From: a bacterium
GTDB lineage: Bacteria; Patescibacteriota; Minisyncoccia; Phycocordibacterales; CALRBL01
NCBI GenBank assembly: GCA_027487075.1
Contig: JAIYEG010000010.1
Span: 111,270-175,269, forward strand
Length of the DNA: 64,000 bases
Direction: 5' to 3'
Shown here: positions 30,335 to 39,924 of the stretch, piece after piece
How positions within the stretch are numbered: position 1 is the first letter of the stretch
Layout: the number at the start of each line of letters is the position of its first letter
Notes under the pieces: model-generated
The model's database searches: none
What the model saw: only the letters and a program-made list of their open reading frames with translations
Told to the model about the DNA's origin: nothing
Translations under genes and position numbers: made by a program

Positions 30335-30412
30335 CTACTTTCGCTTCTTTGTTGACTTCTTCTTTGTAGCCTTTTTCTTTGCTACCTTCTTTGCTTTTTT
30401 CTTTGCTGCCAT
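30335..30412 (-). CDS. 25-aa Lys/Ala-rich small protein (histone-H1-tail-like)
   Basis: MAAKKKAKKVAKKKATKKKSTKKRK; TATACT 6 nt before ATG; own terminator. Confidence 0.75.
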   Translation of the reverse strand: MAAKKKAKKVAKKKATKKKSTKKRK

Positions 30413-30554
30413 ATGAGTAGTATAAAATTTTATTTTTAAGAGTATGCGGAGAACGACTTTTATAAAAATATTTTCTCTGCAATACCTGAAGTAATTATCA
30501 TACAAATAATTTTTCATTACAATTATTTTTTACACAAATGTGTGGATAACTTTA

Positions 30555-30702
30555 CATTTTGTTTTTTGAATTTTTTCCACATAATTATTTTAAAAATTTC
30601 CACGGATATTTTTTTACTAAAAAATTCCTCGTGTTCGCTCCGTCGAGCCTCACAAGGAAAATTTTTTAAAATAATTTTGTAATAAAAACTCAAAATCAAA
30701 AT
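30555..30702. repeat. Structured palindromic element, copy D (core in reverse orientation)
   Basis: 30601-30657 is a near-identical reverse complement of the copy B core, enclosed by AT-rich imperfect outer arms. Confidence 0.82.
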
Positions 30703-30767
30703 TTGCTTAATACAAAAAAACTACCCTCCTCCCGTGAAGGAGAAGGGTGTTTGTTTTGTGAGCTGCT

Positions 30768-31418
30768 TCACCCGGAAATTTTGAGGCCAAACTTTGCCAA
30801 AAAATCTTCCAAGCATCGCAACCTGTCTGCATCTGTTGAACCGTAGATTGGTGCATAACCTCGGCTACTTGTGTCGAGCATAGCAACAAATGACATCAGA
30901 ACGTCTTGTGGCTGATATGCCACATTAACGATGTGAAGCCAATCGAGTTTTTGAAACTCGGAAGCGAGATTATCGCTGATACCGAGAGCTGTCAAACTGA
31001 AAGAACGGTACACTTCCTGCTCAAGCAGGCCAGCGATCTTATCGCTGCAGCCAACCACCCCACGCTCCCTCAAATATTCCCGCAGTATCCACCATGTCTT
31101 TTTACCCACATCTCGCATCTTAAGGAATTGAGCTTCAGTCATTCGAGTGATTTGTCCCAGTGTATGCACACCAGCTTTCTTGAGATTGTTGACCAACCTG
31201 AGATGGAGAAGCCCTGGCGGCAACTCATCGATTTTTGTTGCAAAGATTGCGTCCAACGCGTCACCTTCGAAAACGAGTTCAACTGTTGGTGAAGTCGCAA
31301 AACTTACTGCAACTTGTGCCATCATCCCCGAAGGAATGAGATCATGTGATGTGAGGTAACCTTCGACGAGTGAAGTCAAGGCAGCGGTATGTTCAGGAGA
31401 AAGAGAGAAAGTATTCAT
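30768..31418 (-). CDS. Stand-alone protein with RNA polymerase alpha-CTD-like domain(s)
   Basis: IDEL...L.LRLVNNLKKAGVHTLGQI..MTEAQFLKMRDVGKK matches the alpha-CTD pattern; a second degenerate copy is at the C-terminus. Confidence 0.7.
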   Translation of the reverse strand: MNTFSLSPEHTAALTSLVEGYLTSHDLIPSGMMAQVAVSFATSPTVELVFEGDALDAIFATKIDELPPGLLHLRLVNNLKKAGVHTLGQITRMTEAQFLKMRDVGKKTWWILREYLRERGVVGCSDKIAGLLEQEVYRSFSLTALGISDNLASEFQKLDWLHIVNVAYQPQDVLMSFVAMLDTSSRGYAPIYGSTDADRLRCLEDFLAKFGLKISG

Positions 31419-31454
31419 TTAAGCATCTTTTAACACAAAAATCAAAAGTGGTCA

Positions 31455-31499
31455 AAATACAAAAAACACCTCGCGTGATGCGAAGTGTTTTTTGTATTT
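31455..31499. terminator. Terminator hairpin
   Basis: AAATACAAAAAACACCTCGC-GTGAT-GCGAAGTGTTTTTTGTATTT. Confidence 0.65.
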
Positions 31500-31618
31500 G
31501 TATCCCCACTCATGGCGAGCGGGTGCGAGCTCCAAAGTAAATATCTATGTGAGTGCAGTCGCTCGCCATGACTGAGGACACTCATCACCCATTATTAAGT
31601 AGTTCCGCATAAAAATCA

Positions 31619-31657
31619 AATATAAAACAGCACTTTATGAGTGCTGTTTTATATATT
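31619..31657. terminator. Terminator downstream of nrdB
   Basis: ATATAAAACAGCACT-TTATG-AGTGCTGTTTTATAT. Confidence 0.7.
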
Positions 31658-31680
31658 ATTTATCTTGTCTCTCGATCTTA

Positions 31681-32679
31681 CTACTTCGCCGTAGCTGCCA
31701 CCTTGTGTGCGTGTGAATCCACTTCATAGCTCGTGTTCTGCATTTCAAAGAAGTTCACGAGTTCGTGCACGTCAGTTGCAGTTGCCATCCACTTTGCAGG
31801 GTTGGTTACATTATAGTGTGGTTCGAAACCAAGCTCTTCAAGACGTCGGTCGGCCACATACTTTACGTACTGATTGATGTAGTCGGCGTTGAGACCGAGA
31901 ATTCCTCGTGGGAACAAATCCTGGTTGTATGCCACTTCAAGCTCAACTCCCTGAATGATGATGTTACGAATTTCGTCGGCAAATTCCGCGCTCACTACCG
32001 CTTCGTTTTCTGCGAGGATTTCGGTCACAAGATTGATACCAAATTTGAGGTGAAGTGATTCGTCGCGAAGCACCCATGAAATCATTGAACCAAAGTTGCG
32101 AAGCTGGTTGCGCTGACGGAATGAGAGAGCCACCATAAATCCTGAGTAGAACCACACTCCTTCCATCACCACATTGGTTGCAATGAGGTTTCGGATAAAG
32201 TCGCGCTTACCTTCTGGTGTATCGATATCGAGTGTGCTTTCAGTCATGCGCTTGACGTACTGTGATACAAACTCTTCTTTTGCAAGCATTGAAGGTACTT
32301 CGAGGTGAAGCTTGAAGATCTGCTCACGATCAAAGCCGAAGGTCTGAAGCACGTATTCGAATGACACACAGTGGTTTGCCTCTTCCCACATTTGCTTTGC
32401 GAGGTAGAGGTGAGCTTCAGGAGCCTTGAGGTACGGATATACACCAAGAGCAATCGAACGATTCACAATAAGTTCTGCTGGGTTGAAGAATGCCATCAAG
32501 AATTTCACGGCATGTTGCTCGTCAGGAGTCATTGCCTGAAAATCGCGTACATCTTCGCCGAGTGCAATTTCGTGTGGAAACCATGTATTACGCACTGCTT
32601 GCTGATACAAATCGTATGCCCATTGATATTTAATGGGGTGAAGTGTCATGTCTTCTGGTGAAGCTTTTCCTAATAGCAT
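31681..32679 (-). CDS. nrdB: Ribonucleotide reductase R2 subunit, class Ic-type signature
   Basis: W.P.E, FFNPAE (Glu ligand), EEANHCVSF (Phe in place of the radical Tyr), MEGVWFYSGF, RDESLH, NFFE...SY. Confidence 0.92.
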   Translation of the reverse strand: MLLGKASPEDMTLHPIKYQWAYDLYQQAVRNTWFPHEIALGEDVRDFQAMTPDEQHAVKFLMAFFNPAELIVNRSIALGVYPYLKAPEAHLYLAKQMWEEANHCVSFEYVLQTFGFDREQIFKLHLEVPSMLAKEEFVSQYVKRMTESTLDIDTPEGKRDFIRNLIATNVVMEGVWFYSGFMVALSFRQRNQLRNFGSMISWVLRDESLHLKFGINLVTEILAENEAVVSAEFADEIRNIIIQGVELEVAYNQDLFPRGILGLNADYINQYVKYVADRRLEELGFEPHYNVTNPAKWMATATDVHELVNFFEMQNTSYEVDSHAHKVAATAK

Positions 32680-32718
32680 ATATGTTGTGAAATTAATTAT
32701 TAATAAATACTAACCACT

Positions 32719-35418
32719 CTACTGACAACTATCACACTGCATCGCATCTGCGGGATCGGTCGGATAATTTGCAGATCGCACCACCTTGAACTTTTTGGGC
32801 TCAGGAGCTGCTGGCTGCGTTGACTGCTGCGTGCTACCAAACAATGTTGCTGCGGGTTCTGGAGTGATACCTTCAAAAGGTTTTGGTTTTTCGAGTTCTG
32901 CTGATGCGGGAACTTCTGGTACTTCGACAGTATGTGTGGTCATCTGTGCGAGAGATACCGGCACGAGCTCTGGCTGATCGACTTCGATAGGACTCTTGAT
33001 TGCCACTTCTTCTTTTGGAAGCTCGGTCTTTACCGATGCAAATGCGCCGAATGCCTTGCGTCCGAGTTTTGCCGACTTATCTACCTTCACCGTGCTTTGC
33101 TCTGCGGTATGACGAGGCTTGAGGTGGAGATAGTACGTAGACTTGAGCCCCTTCTTCCATGCTGTTGAGTAGATATTGATGGTCTCATCGATGTCACGTG
33201 TCTCGAGATACATATTTCGTGAGAGCGCCTGATCAACCCACTTCTGTGCGCGTGCCGCTACTTCGATGTATCCGTAAGGAGAGGTAGTGAATGATGTCTT
33301 GTAAATTGATTTCAAGTGATCAGGGATACCAGGGATATCAGAGATATCTCCCTGCTTCTCGATGATGAGGTCTTTCACCTTGTCCCAAAGTCCCATGTTC
33401 TTGAGATCCTTCACGAGGTTATGATTCACATCCATGTACTTTCCTGAAATCTTGTTGCGAGAGAATACCTGCGCGAAGCGTGGATCGAAACCTGGAGTAG
33501 TACCCACGAGAAGTCCGATGTTTGCATTTGGTGCTACTGCCATGAGGGTAGCGTTTCGCATTCCCTTCTTTACTTTTTCGCGAAGGAGATCCCAGTTGAG
33601 CCCCTTATGCTTACTTCCCTTGTCGATAGAAAGTTCGATGCCACGACCTTCTTCGAGTGTCTTGATGCTGTCGATAGGTACGCGACCCTTTGACCACTCT
33701 GAACCTTGGAAGTGTTTGTATGAACCTCGCTCTTGAGCAAGATTGGTGCTTTCATCGATGGCCATGTAGCTGATGAATTCGAAGACACGGTCTGCGAAGT
33801 CGTAAGCATGTTCGCTGTCGTATGCCATACCAAGCTGTTCGATAGTATCTGAGAATCCCATCACTCCAAGACCCATCGCGCGATTTTCTTTGTCTGAACG
33901 TTCTGCTTCTGGAATAGGAAGCACGTTGATATCGATGAGGTTATCGAGCTGACGCACCGCGAGACGCACTGACTTTTCGAGCTTACCCCAATTCACTTCT
34001 TTGCGACTGACGTGAGCAGCGAGGTTGATGGAAGCCAAGTTACATACCGCCACATTATCTTTGTCTTGTGGAAGACAAATTTCTGTACAGAGGTTCGACA
34101 TGTGAATGGTGCCGGTGTTGTTGTTGAGAGCGCGGAGGTTGATCGAATCTTTCCACGTGATCCACGGGTGAGACGTAGACTGCAATGCAGAAATAATATT
34201 GCGGAATTGCTCTTCTGCAGGCACTTTCTTGAAGACTCGAAGCTTTCCTGCTTCTGCCATTTCGATGTACTCAGCATAGCGCTTGCTAAATGCCTGTCCG
34301 TAGAGCTCATTGAGGTCAGGAGTTTCTACGGGATCGAACATATACCAATCACCATGAGACTCAACTCGCTTCATGAATTCGTCTGAAAGGAAACACGCAG
34401 TGTTTGCGGTGCGCATACGCATGTAGTCATCGCCCGCATTGTGCTTCCAGTCGATAAACTCTGGGAAGTCGATGTGCCAGTTCTCCATGTAGAAACAGAG
34501 GGCGCCTTTTTTCTTTCCTCCTCGCTGAATAGCGCGAATAGCCGTATCGATGATTTTGGCAAAAGGAGTGGGGCCAGTAGAAGTACCATTGTTTGACTTG
34601 AGTGGTGATCCTGCAGCGCGAAGCTTCGTCACTGATGCACCAATACCTCCGGAACCTTTCGAAAGAAGCATCACGTCTGCAACAGACTTTGCGATATGCC
34701 CCATGTCGTCATGGATTTCCATGAGGTAGCAGTTTGAAAGTGCGGCGTTTGGCGTACCTGCTCCGAGGTTTGCTGATCCTCCTGCAATATATTCAAACTT
34801 CGACATCTTGTCGTAGAAGATCTTTGCCCATTCGGTAGGATTCTTTTCGTTCATCGAAAGACCCATAGCCACACGCATAAAGAAGTATTGGGGAGTTTCG
34901 ATAGTATCTTGTGTTTTGTAGTGCTTGAGGGCATAACGACTCAAAAAACCTGAAAGCCCAGCATAGAGGAACTGGTCATCACGATCGATGCGGAGCGCGT
35001 CTGCGAGAACTTCGAGATCGAAGAGCTTTTCCATGCGCTCATCGAGGCGCTTATCCTCTACACCATTCTTTACATATGAGATAAAGCCTTCACGATGCTT
35101 CTTTTTAAGATCTTCAGAGTTTTCTTTGTTGTAATCACCAATTACTTTTCTATATATAGTCTTGAGAAGGAGGCGGGTAGCGATCTTGTCATACTCGATA
35201 TCCTCTTTAATATTTTGTACTGCAGCATTGATGGTCGCCTGATCGAGCTCATCGGTAGAAATACCATCGTAGAGTGTGATCTGGGTCTCTGTTGCTATCT
35301 GAATAACCTTCGAAACTGGATCGGTAAGGCCGTGTGCTGCCCGCTCGATCGACCGGTTGATAAGATCTGCATTAAACGGCTCTCTGGTACCGTCTTGTTT
35401 TGTAATGGTGATGTTCAT
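32719..35418 (-). CDS. nrdA: Ribonucleotide reductase R1 subunit with ATP cone
   Basis: N-terminal ATP-cone (ITKQDG.RE.F), SNCY, SNLCTEI, CNLAS, KSTYY, C-terminal CDSCQ. Start set at MNITIT. Confidence 0.95.
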   Translation of the reverse strand: MNITITKQDGTREPFNADLINRSIERAAHGLTDPVSKVIQIATETQITLYDGISTDELDQATINAAVQNIKEDIEYDKIATRLLLKTIYRKVIGDYNKENSEDLKKKHREGFISYVKNGVEDKRLDERMEKLFDLEVLADALRIDRDDQFLYAGLSGFLSRYALKHYKTQDTIETPQYFFMRVAMGLSMNEKNPTEWAKIFYDKMSKFEYIAGGSANLGAGTPNAALSNCYLMEIHDDMGHIAKSVADVMLLSKGSGGIGASVTKLRAAGSPLKSNNGTSTGPTPFAKIIDTAIRAIQRGGKKKGALCFYMENWHIDFPEFIDWKHNAGDDYMRMRTANTACFLSDEFMKRVESHGDWYMFDPVETPDLNELYGQAFSKRYAEYIEMAEAGKLRVFKKVPAEEQFRNIISALQSTSHPWITWKDSINLRALNNNTGTIHMSNLCTEICLPQDKDNVAVCNLASINLAAHVSRKEVNWGKLEKSVRLAVRQLDNLIDINVLPIPEAERSDKENRAMGLGVMGFSDTIEQLGMAYDSEHAYDFADRVFEFISYMAIDESTNLAQERGSYKHFQGSEWSKGRVPIDSIKTLEEGRGIELSIDKGSKHKGLNWDLLREKVKKGMRNATLMAVAPNANIGLLVGTTPGFDPRFAQVFSRNKISGKYMDVNHNLVKDLKNMGLWDKVKDLIIEKQGDISDIPGIPDHLKSIYKTSFTTSPYGYIEVAARAQKWVDQALSRNMYLETRDIDETINIYSTAWKKGLKSTYYLHLKPRHTAEQSTVKVDKSAKLGRKAFGAFASVKTELPKEEVAIKSPIEVDQPELVPVSLAQMTTHTVEVPEVPASAELEKPKPFEGITPEPAATLFGSTQQSTQPAAPEPKKFKVVRSANYPTDPADAMQCDSCQ

Positions 35419-35624
35419 ATCGAAGAAAATTTTACCACGAGGTGAACGAATGAACAGCACGTTTTCCCCTGTTTTTTGTATGAAGAAACAAATTCAAAAG
35501 CCTATCAACCCACCCGTCAAAATAGCCCTAAAATAAGTGCCGAAATGACCAAGATAAAGTTTTTATAAAATGCAAGCCCTTTTTTGCTTTACTTCCTCTC
35601 TCTGTGCCTTACAATTATCCACAT

Positions 35625-36290
35625 ATGCGCATGCTCATCATCGAAGACGAACAAGAAATCCGAGAATATTTGAAGATAAATTTTGAAAAAGAGGGCTATG
35701 TCGTCGATACTGCTGAGGATGGCGAACACGGCTCATACCTCGCACGCACGAATGAGTATCAGATCATCATTCTTGATCACATTCTCCCCAAGAAGACTGG
35801 TCTTAAGGTTGTCGAGGATATCCGCGAGAGTCTTCGCTCTGTCCCCATCATCATGCTCTCGGTAGAAACCGCTATTCCAAACAAGATCAACTGCTTCAAA
35901 GCCGGCGCAGACGACTATGTCACCAAGCCCTTCTCATACCAAGAGCTTACTATGCGCATCAAGACCGTACTCAAGCGCCCCTACGACATCAAAAGCTCTA
36001 CCTATACGATAAACGACCTCACGATCTACACCGACAAACAGCAAGTCACCAAGAATGGCAAAGAGCTTCCCCTCACCCGCAAAGAATTCATGCTCCTTGA
36101 GTGTCTCGCAAAAGAAAAAGGTCGTGTTCTCACCCGTGGCGCTCTCATGGAAAACGTCTGGGATATGAACATCGACCCCTTCTCAAATACTTTAGAGACT
36201 CATATTCTCAACCTTCGCAAAAAGATTGGTAAAAACGGCAAGAATATCATCAAGACCGTTACAGGAAGAGGTTATCGTATTGCTGAATAG
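35625..36290 (+). CDS. OmpR-family response regulator
   Basis: LIIEDE, ILD..LP, GADDY.TKPF, wHTH (LT.KEF.LL, TV.G.GY). Start set at ATG 35625. Confidence 0.93.
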   Translation: MRMLIIEDEQEIREYLKINFEKEGYVVDTAEDGEHGSYLARTNEYQIIILDHILPKKTGLKVVEDIRESLRSVPIIMLSVETAIPNKINCFKAGADDYVTKPFSYQELTMRIKTVLKRPYDIKSSTYTINDLTIYTDKQQVTKNGKELPLTRKEFMLLECLAKEKGRVLTRGALMENVWDMNIDPFSNTLETHILNLRKKIGKNGKNIIKTVTGRGYRIAE

Positions 36291-36999
36291 GCACAGTGAA
36301 TTCTTGAAGACCGAGTACATACGGACCCACTTGGTATTGCTGAAACACAAACGTAATATTATCTCCTTCGACAAACCATGTATTCCAATTTTCAATCTTT
36401 GGTGCTGTTCCCTCTTTGATAGTCATCTCATTTGCATCCTCACCGAGATGTTTGATCAGATATACTTGAGCGGCTTCACTAAGTTGCGGCAAGACGGTGG
36501 GATTGATCTCTACTTTTTTACCTGAACGATCATATGTGTACGTTGTTATAAAGGTGCCTCCATGAGCACCACCTGTGTCCATGTAGGTAGTGAGCACATA
36601 CGTTATACTTGAAGATGAAGTACTGACCGCGGTCGTCATCAAAAGTGAGTAGGAACGATCTTTGGTAAGACCAATATACGCCGCTTCTTCATCAGTCTTT
36701 GGTACCATATCCATAAACTGTGTTCGTATAGAATCAACGTATGATTGAATATCCCCCAAACGATTATCAACGTTCTTTGGATATTCCATATCTATGTTGT
36801 AATACGAACCCACGATGTGTTCTGTCTCAAAAGGCACTGGTGTGAGCGGAGTTTCTGTTGATGGTGTTGATGTTGCCTGTTGAGACAGCGTATCTGCTCG
36901 CCTACTATCCTTCCATGCGCTGAGTGACGCGAACATAGCAATAAGCGCAGATCCTCCGAGGACAATACCTACAAGCAACATAACTTTTTTTCTATTCAT
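36259..36999 (-). CDS. RsiV/DUF3298-like membrane-anchored protein
   Basis: N-terminal TM, YMDTGGAHG, FQQYQVGPY..G. Confidence 0.8.
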   Translation of the reverse strand: MNRKKVMLLVGIVLGGSALIAMFASLSAWKDSRRADTLSQQATSTPSTETPLTPVPFETEHIVGSYYNIDMEYPKNVDNRLGDIQSYVDSIRTQFMDMVPKTDEEAAYIGLTKDRSYSLLMTTAVSTSSSSITYVLTTYMDTGGAHGGTFITTYTYDRSGKKVEINPTVLPQLSEAAQVYLIKHLGEDANEMTIKEGTAPKIENWNTWFVEGDNITFVFQQYQVGPYVLGLQEFTVPIQQYDNLFL

Positions 37000-37002
37000 A
37001 TA

Positions 37003-37566
37003 TTATGAAGTGATCGTAAAGCTATCGACTACTGTTTTGATTGCTTTATCAAGAACATCCTGATCGAATGACACCACCGCTCCAGGCTCGTAGTTGGCAA
37101 TATTCATCGAATGCACAAAAAGCGTTATTTCATAACACATGCCCGGTTGACCTTTGGTATAGACCAGTGAGTGATAAAAATTACCTGCTCCTGCTTCTTC
37201 GGTGATGATAGGATCCTTACCAGCCGCTACACATGTTGAACTTGCGGCAAGCTTCTCAATATAGATGCGACTATCTGTTGCAAGGTTGGTGCCTGTTGTA
37301 AGTTGTGGTGGTACTACAAACGATACCCCTTTATTAAAAAGATCATCTTCAGTTGAGGTTGCTAGAATAAAATCTTTTGGATAGTGCACCCGATACCCAT
37401 CATTTGTGTTTATATATGTAGCAGTATTTGTATCGGAAACCACAGGAGGAGCTTCCTGACTTTGCTTTTCTCTTACATCAAACGGAACCACATCACGAAC
37501 GGCATACACGAATACACCCATAAACACCACGAAGATCACCGTCCATGTAAGTGTGCTTCTTTTCAT
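37003..37566 (-). CDS. Hypothetical membrane-anchored protein
   Basis: N-terminal TM, Y.N...GY...YP pattern, C-terminal SF; -10-like TACACT 6 nt upstream. Confidence 0.7.
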   Translation of the reverse strand: MKRSTLTWTVIFVVFMGVFVYAVRDVVPFDVREKQSQEAPPVVSDTNTATYINTNDGYRVHYPKDFILATSTEDDLFNKGVSFVVPPQLTTGTNLATDSRIYIEKLAASSTCVAAGKDPIITEEAGAGNFYHSLVYTKGQPGMCYEITLFVHSMNIANYEPGAVVSFDQDVLDKAIKTVVDSFTITS

Positions 37567-37588
37567 ATGGTAAGTGTATCACAGATGC

Positions 37589-39154
37589 TCACACGTCAAG
37601 CCACTTTCGCACATCGTCTTCAGTGCCACCAACTTTCTTTTTTGGATTAAAAATTCCTTCAGGATCGAATAGGTTCTTTGTTTTTACAAACGCCTCATAT
37701 AATTCATCTCCATAAAACTCACGAAGAAATGGTGTACGGATAATACCATCGCTATGATCAGCGCTCATGTTCCCCTTCACTTTCTTCACCAAGACAAAGA
37801 CATCTCGCGTAAATGCAATAATCTTGTCGGCAACATCTGGATCTTTGAAATTGAAGACGGGGATTATGCGAAGGGCGCCATCGCCAATGTGTCCATGATA
37901 TCCATATGAGATACCATGCTTTTTCATAATAGCAACAAGTTCTTCAATGAATTCATCAAAGTGTGCAACGGGAACAATAATATCTTCGATACACGGCACG
38001 GCTTTGTATCCATCTTCATTGTAATCGCGCATCACTGTGTAGCTGGTGCGACGAATACGCCATGCTGCAGCTGCAATCTCTGGATCTTCTACATATTCAA
38101 ATGACACCTTATGACCTTCAAGAAGTGATGCACATTCTTTTGCCACCTTGTCGGTCTCTTCCTGTGTTTGTTCAGAAAACTGCGCAAGGATGATTGAGCT
38201 TGTTGTTGGATGAATCGCATGTGCAATACGATCAGTATCTGCGGGAGTATTTTTCTTTGCACGGTTGTAGGTATTGATATCAAAGGTCTCCACACCTTCT
38301 GGATGATGCTTCATAACGGTCTTCAAAATAAACGGCATGTCATGAATGGAGTCAATGGAAATAATGAGAAGACGGGTGTATGCAGGAAGAGGCACGAGCT
38401 TGAGCACCGCCTTTGTCACAATCCCCAAGGTTCCCTGCGCCCCCACAAACAGCGGTGTGAGATCAAAGACATCATCTTTCACTAATCGCTCGATGCGGTA
38501 TCCTGATGCTGCTTTTGGTACATCACCTATTGCTTTCTTGAGTTTTTCTCCATATTGCTGATAGATATGGTAGGCATCATCTTGGAGGCGTGCGTAGGGG
38601 GTACGCGCATGGGTCTGCTCAATTCTGAGTGATGGTAATGTTTGTACTACCTGGCCATCAGCCAGCACCACCTCGAGTGCAAGGACATTATCGATCGTTG
38701 CTCCGTAGCGAATACTCTTTTCTCCCGAAGCATTATTACCAATCATACCTCCGATACCACAGATAAGGTGTGAAGACGTGTACGGTGCAAACATCAAACC
38801 ATGCTTAGCAGCTTCTGATTCGATGTCACGGAAGTACGCACCCATTTCTACCACCGCCACCGATGCATCAACATCAACCTCTATCTTGTGCATATACTTG
38901 GTCATGTTGAGCATGATGCCGGTATTAAGTGATCCTCCGCTCATGCACGTACCCCCTGCGCGGACTGATATTGAAGCATGCGGATCGGTCTTTCGTTGCT
39001 CATGCACATACTGCACAGCACGCACCACATCCTGCACATCTTTTGGATAGACGACCGCAGATGGCACTACCTTAAATACACTTGCGTCTTTGGCGTGTTC
39101 TTGCAGCGTCTTATCATCCACTACCACATCGCCTTTAAAATCTTTGATGAACAT
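37589..39154 (-). CDS. FAD-binding oxidoreductase (GlcD/D-lactate dehydrogenase-like)
   Basis: RAGGT..SG, GGMIGNNASG, GTLGIVT, GHIGDG, DHSDG, FDP.GIFNP. Start set at MFIKDF. Confidence 0.88.
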   Translation of the reverse strand: MFIKDFKGDVVVDDKTLQEHAKDASVFKVVPSAVVYPKDVQDVVRAVQYVHEQRKTDPHASISVRAGGTCMSGGSLNTGIMLNMTKYMHKIEVDVDASVAVVEMGAYFRDIESEAAKHGLMFAPYTSSHLICGIGGMIGNNASGEKSIRYGATIDNVLALEVVLADGQVVQTLPSLRIEQTHARTPYARLQDDAYHIYQQYGEKLKKAIGDVPKAASGYRIERLVKDDVFDLTPLFVGAQGTLGIVTKAVLKLVPLPAYTRLLIISIDSIHDMPFILKTVMKHHPEGVETFDINTYNRAKKNTPADTDRIAHAIHPTTSSIILAQFSEQTQEETDKVAKECASLLEGHKVSFEYVEDPEIAAAAWRIRRTSYTVMRDYNEDGYKAVPCIEDIIVPVAHFDEFIEELVAIMKKHGISYGYHGHIGDGALRIIPVFNFKDPDVADKIIAFTRDVFVLVKKVKGNMSADHSDGIIRTPFLREFYGDELYEAFVKTKNLFDPEGIFNPKKKVGGTEDDVRKWLDV

Positions 39155-39168
39155 GAGAATATAATAGC

Positions 39169-39735
39169 ATGTTCTCATTTGATGCGCCGATGACAGTACT
39201 CCTCAATACCTATGCTCTCACACACCAACCGCTGTTGTATGCTGCGGTAGTCTTTGCAACCGATGTTCCTTACATCCTCATTTCTTTTCTTATCGTCTAC
39301 ATATTTTTTGATCACAAAAAAGCAAGTGAGCGTGGACATGTGGTCTTCACCGCTCTTCTTGCAGGACTCATCGCACGCTATGTGGTGAAGTCGATCATCG
39401 TACTTGGCTACGCCTTCTCACGCCCCTACGTTGCCCTCCAAGACATCACGCTCCTCATTCCCCCTATTCTTTCTGAAGAACATATGAGCTTTCCTTCTGG
39501 ACACATGCTTTTTTTCTTTGCGGTGAGCGCGGTGATGTATACACACAACAAAACTATCGGCACAACATTCTTTATCACCTCTCTTATTGTCGGCAGTGCT
39601 CGTATCATGGCAGGGGTTCATTATCCAAGTGATATTTTCTTTGGGGCACTTATTGGCACCCTCGTGGGCTTTGCTATTACCCGCACCATGTCGTTTTACC
39701 ACTCACACGCAGAGCTTCGAAGGCGTCTCCCCTAA
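39169..39735 (+). CDS. PAP2 family phosphatase
   Basis: K......RP, SFPSGH, AR...GVHYPSD. Start uncertain (39169 or 39190). Confidence 0.9.
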   Translation: MFSFDAPMTVLLNTYALTHQPLLYAAVVFATDVPYILISFLIVYIFFDHKKASERGHVVFTALLAGLIARYVVKSIIVLGYAFSRPYVALQDITLLIPPILSEEHMSFPSGHMLFFFAVSAVMYTHNKTIGTTFFITSLIVGSARIMAGVHYPSDIFFGALIGTLVGFAITRTMSFYHSHAELRRRLP

Positions 39736-39744
39736 CTGATACAC

Positions 39745-39775
39745 AAAACACCACACGATGAGGTGTGGTGTTTTG
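39745..39775. terminator. Bidirectional terminator between convergent genes
   Basis: AAAACACCACAC-GATGAG-GTGTGGTGTTTT. Confidence 0.75.
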
Positions 39776-39793
39776 AACTCGTTCTATTAATAA

Positions 39794-39907
39794 TTATTTT
39801 TTCTTTGTTCGAGCAGCTTTTGCGGCGTGCTTGATCGCAAGACGCTTCTTAGTCTTCTTTGACCGTGAAGTCTTATTCTTGGTGTTTACTGACATTCGTT
39901 TTGCCAT
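39794..39907 (-). CDS. 37-aa highly basic small protein (not in ORF track)
   Basis: MAKRMSVNTKNKTSRSKKTKKRLAIKHAAKAARTKKK; extended -10 TGATATAAT 6 nt before ATG; terminator downstream. Confidence 0.75.
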   Translation of the reverse strand: MAKRMSVNTKNKTSRSKKTKKRLAIKHAAKAARTKKK

Positions 39908-39924
39908 GCGCTTATTATATCACG

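Noticed and set aside
30430-30720. Replication origin (AT-rich, DnaA box)
   Set aside because: Only one perfect box, no dnaA/dnaN nearby, no switch in gene strand, and much of the AT-rich DNA belongs to repeat copy D.
32719-35418. Intein or intron in nrdA
   Set aside because: Catalytic motifs are contiguous. The extra length is a low-complexity C-terminal linker without intein terminal motifs.
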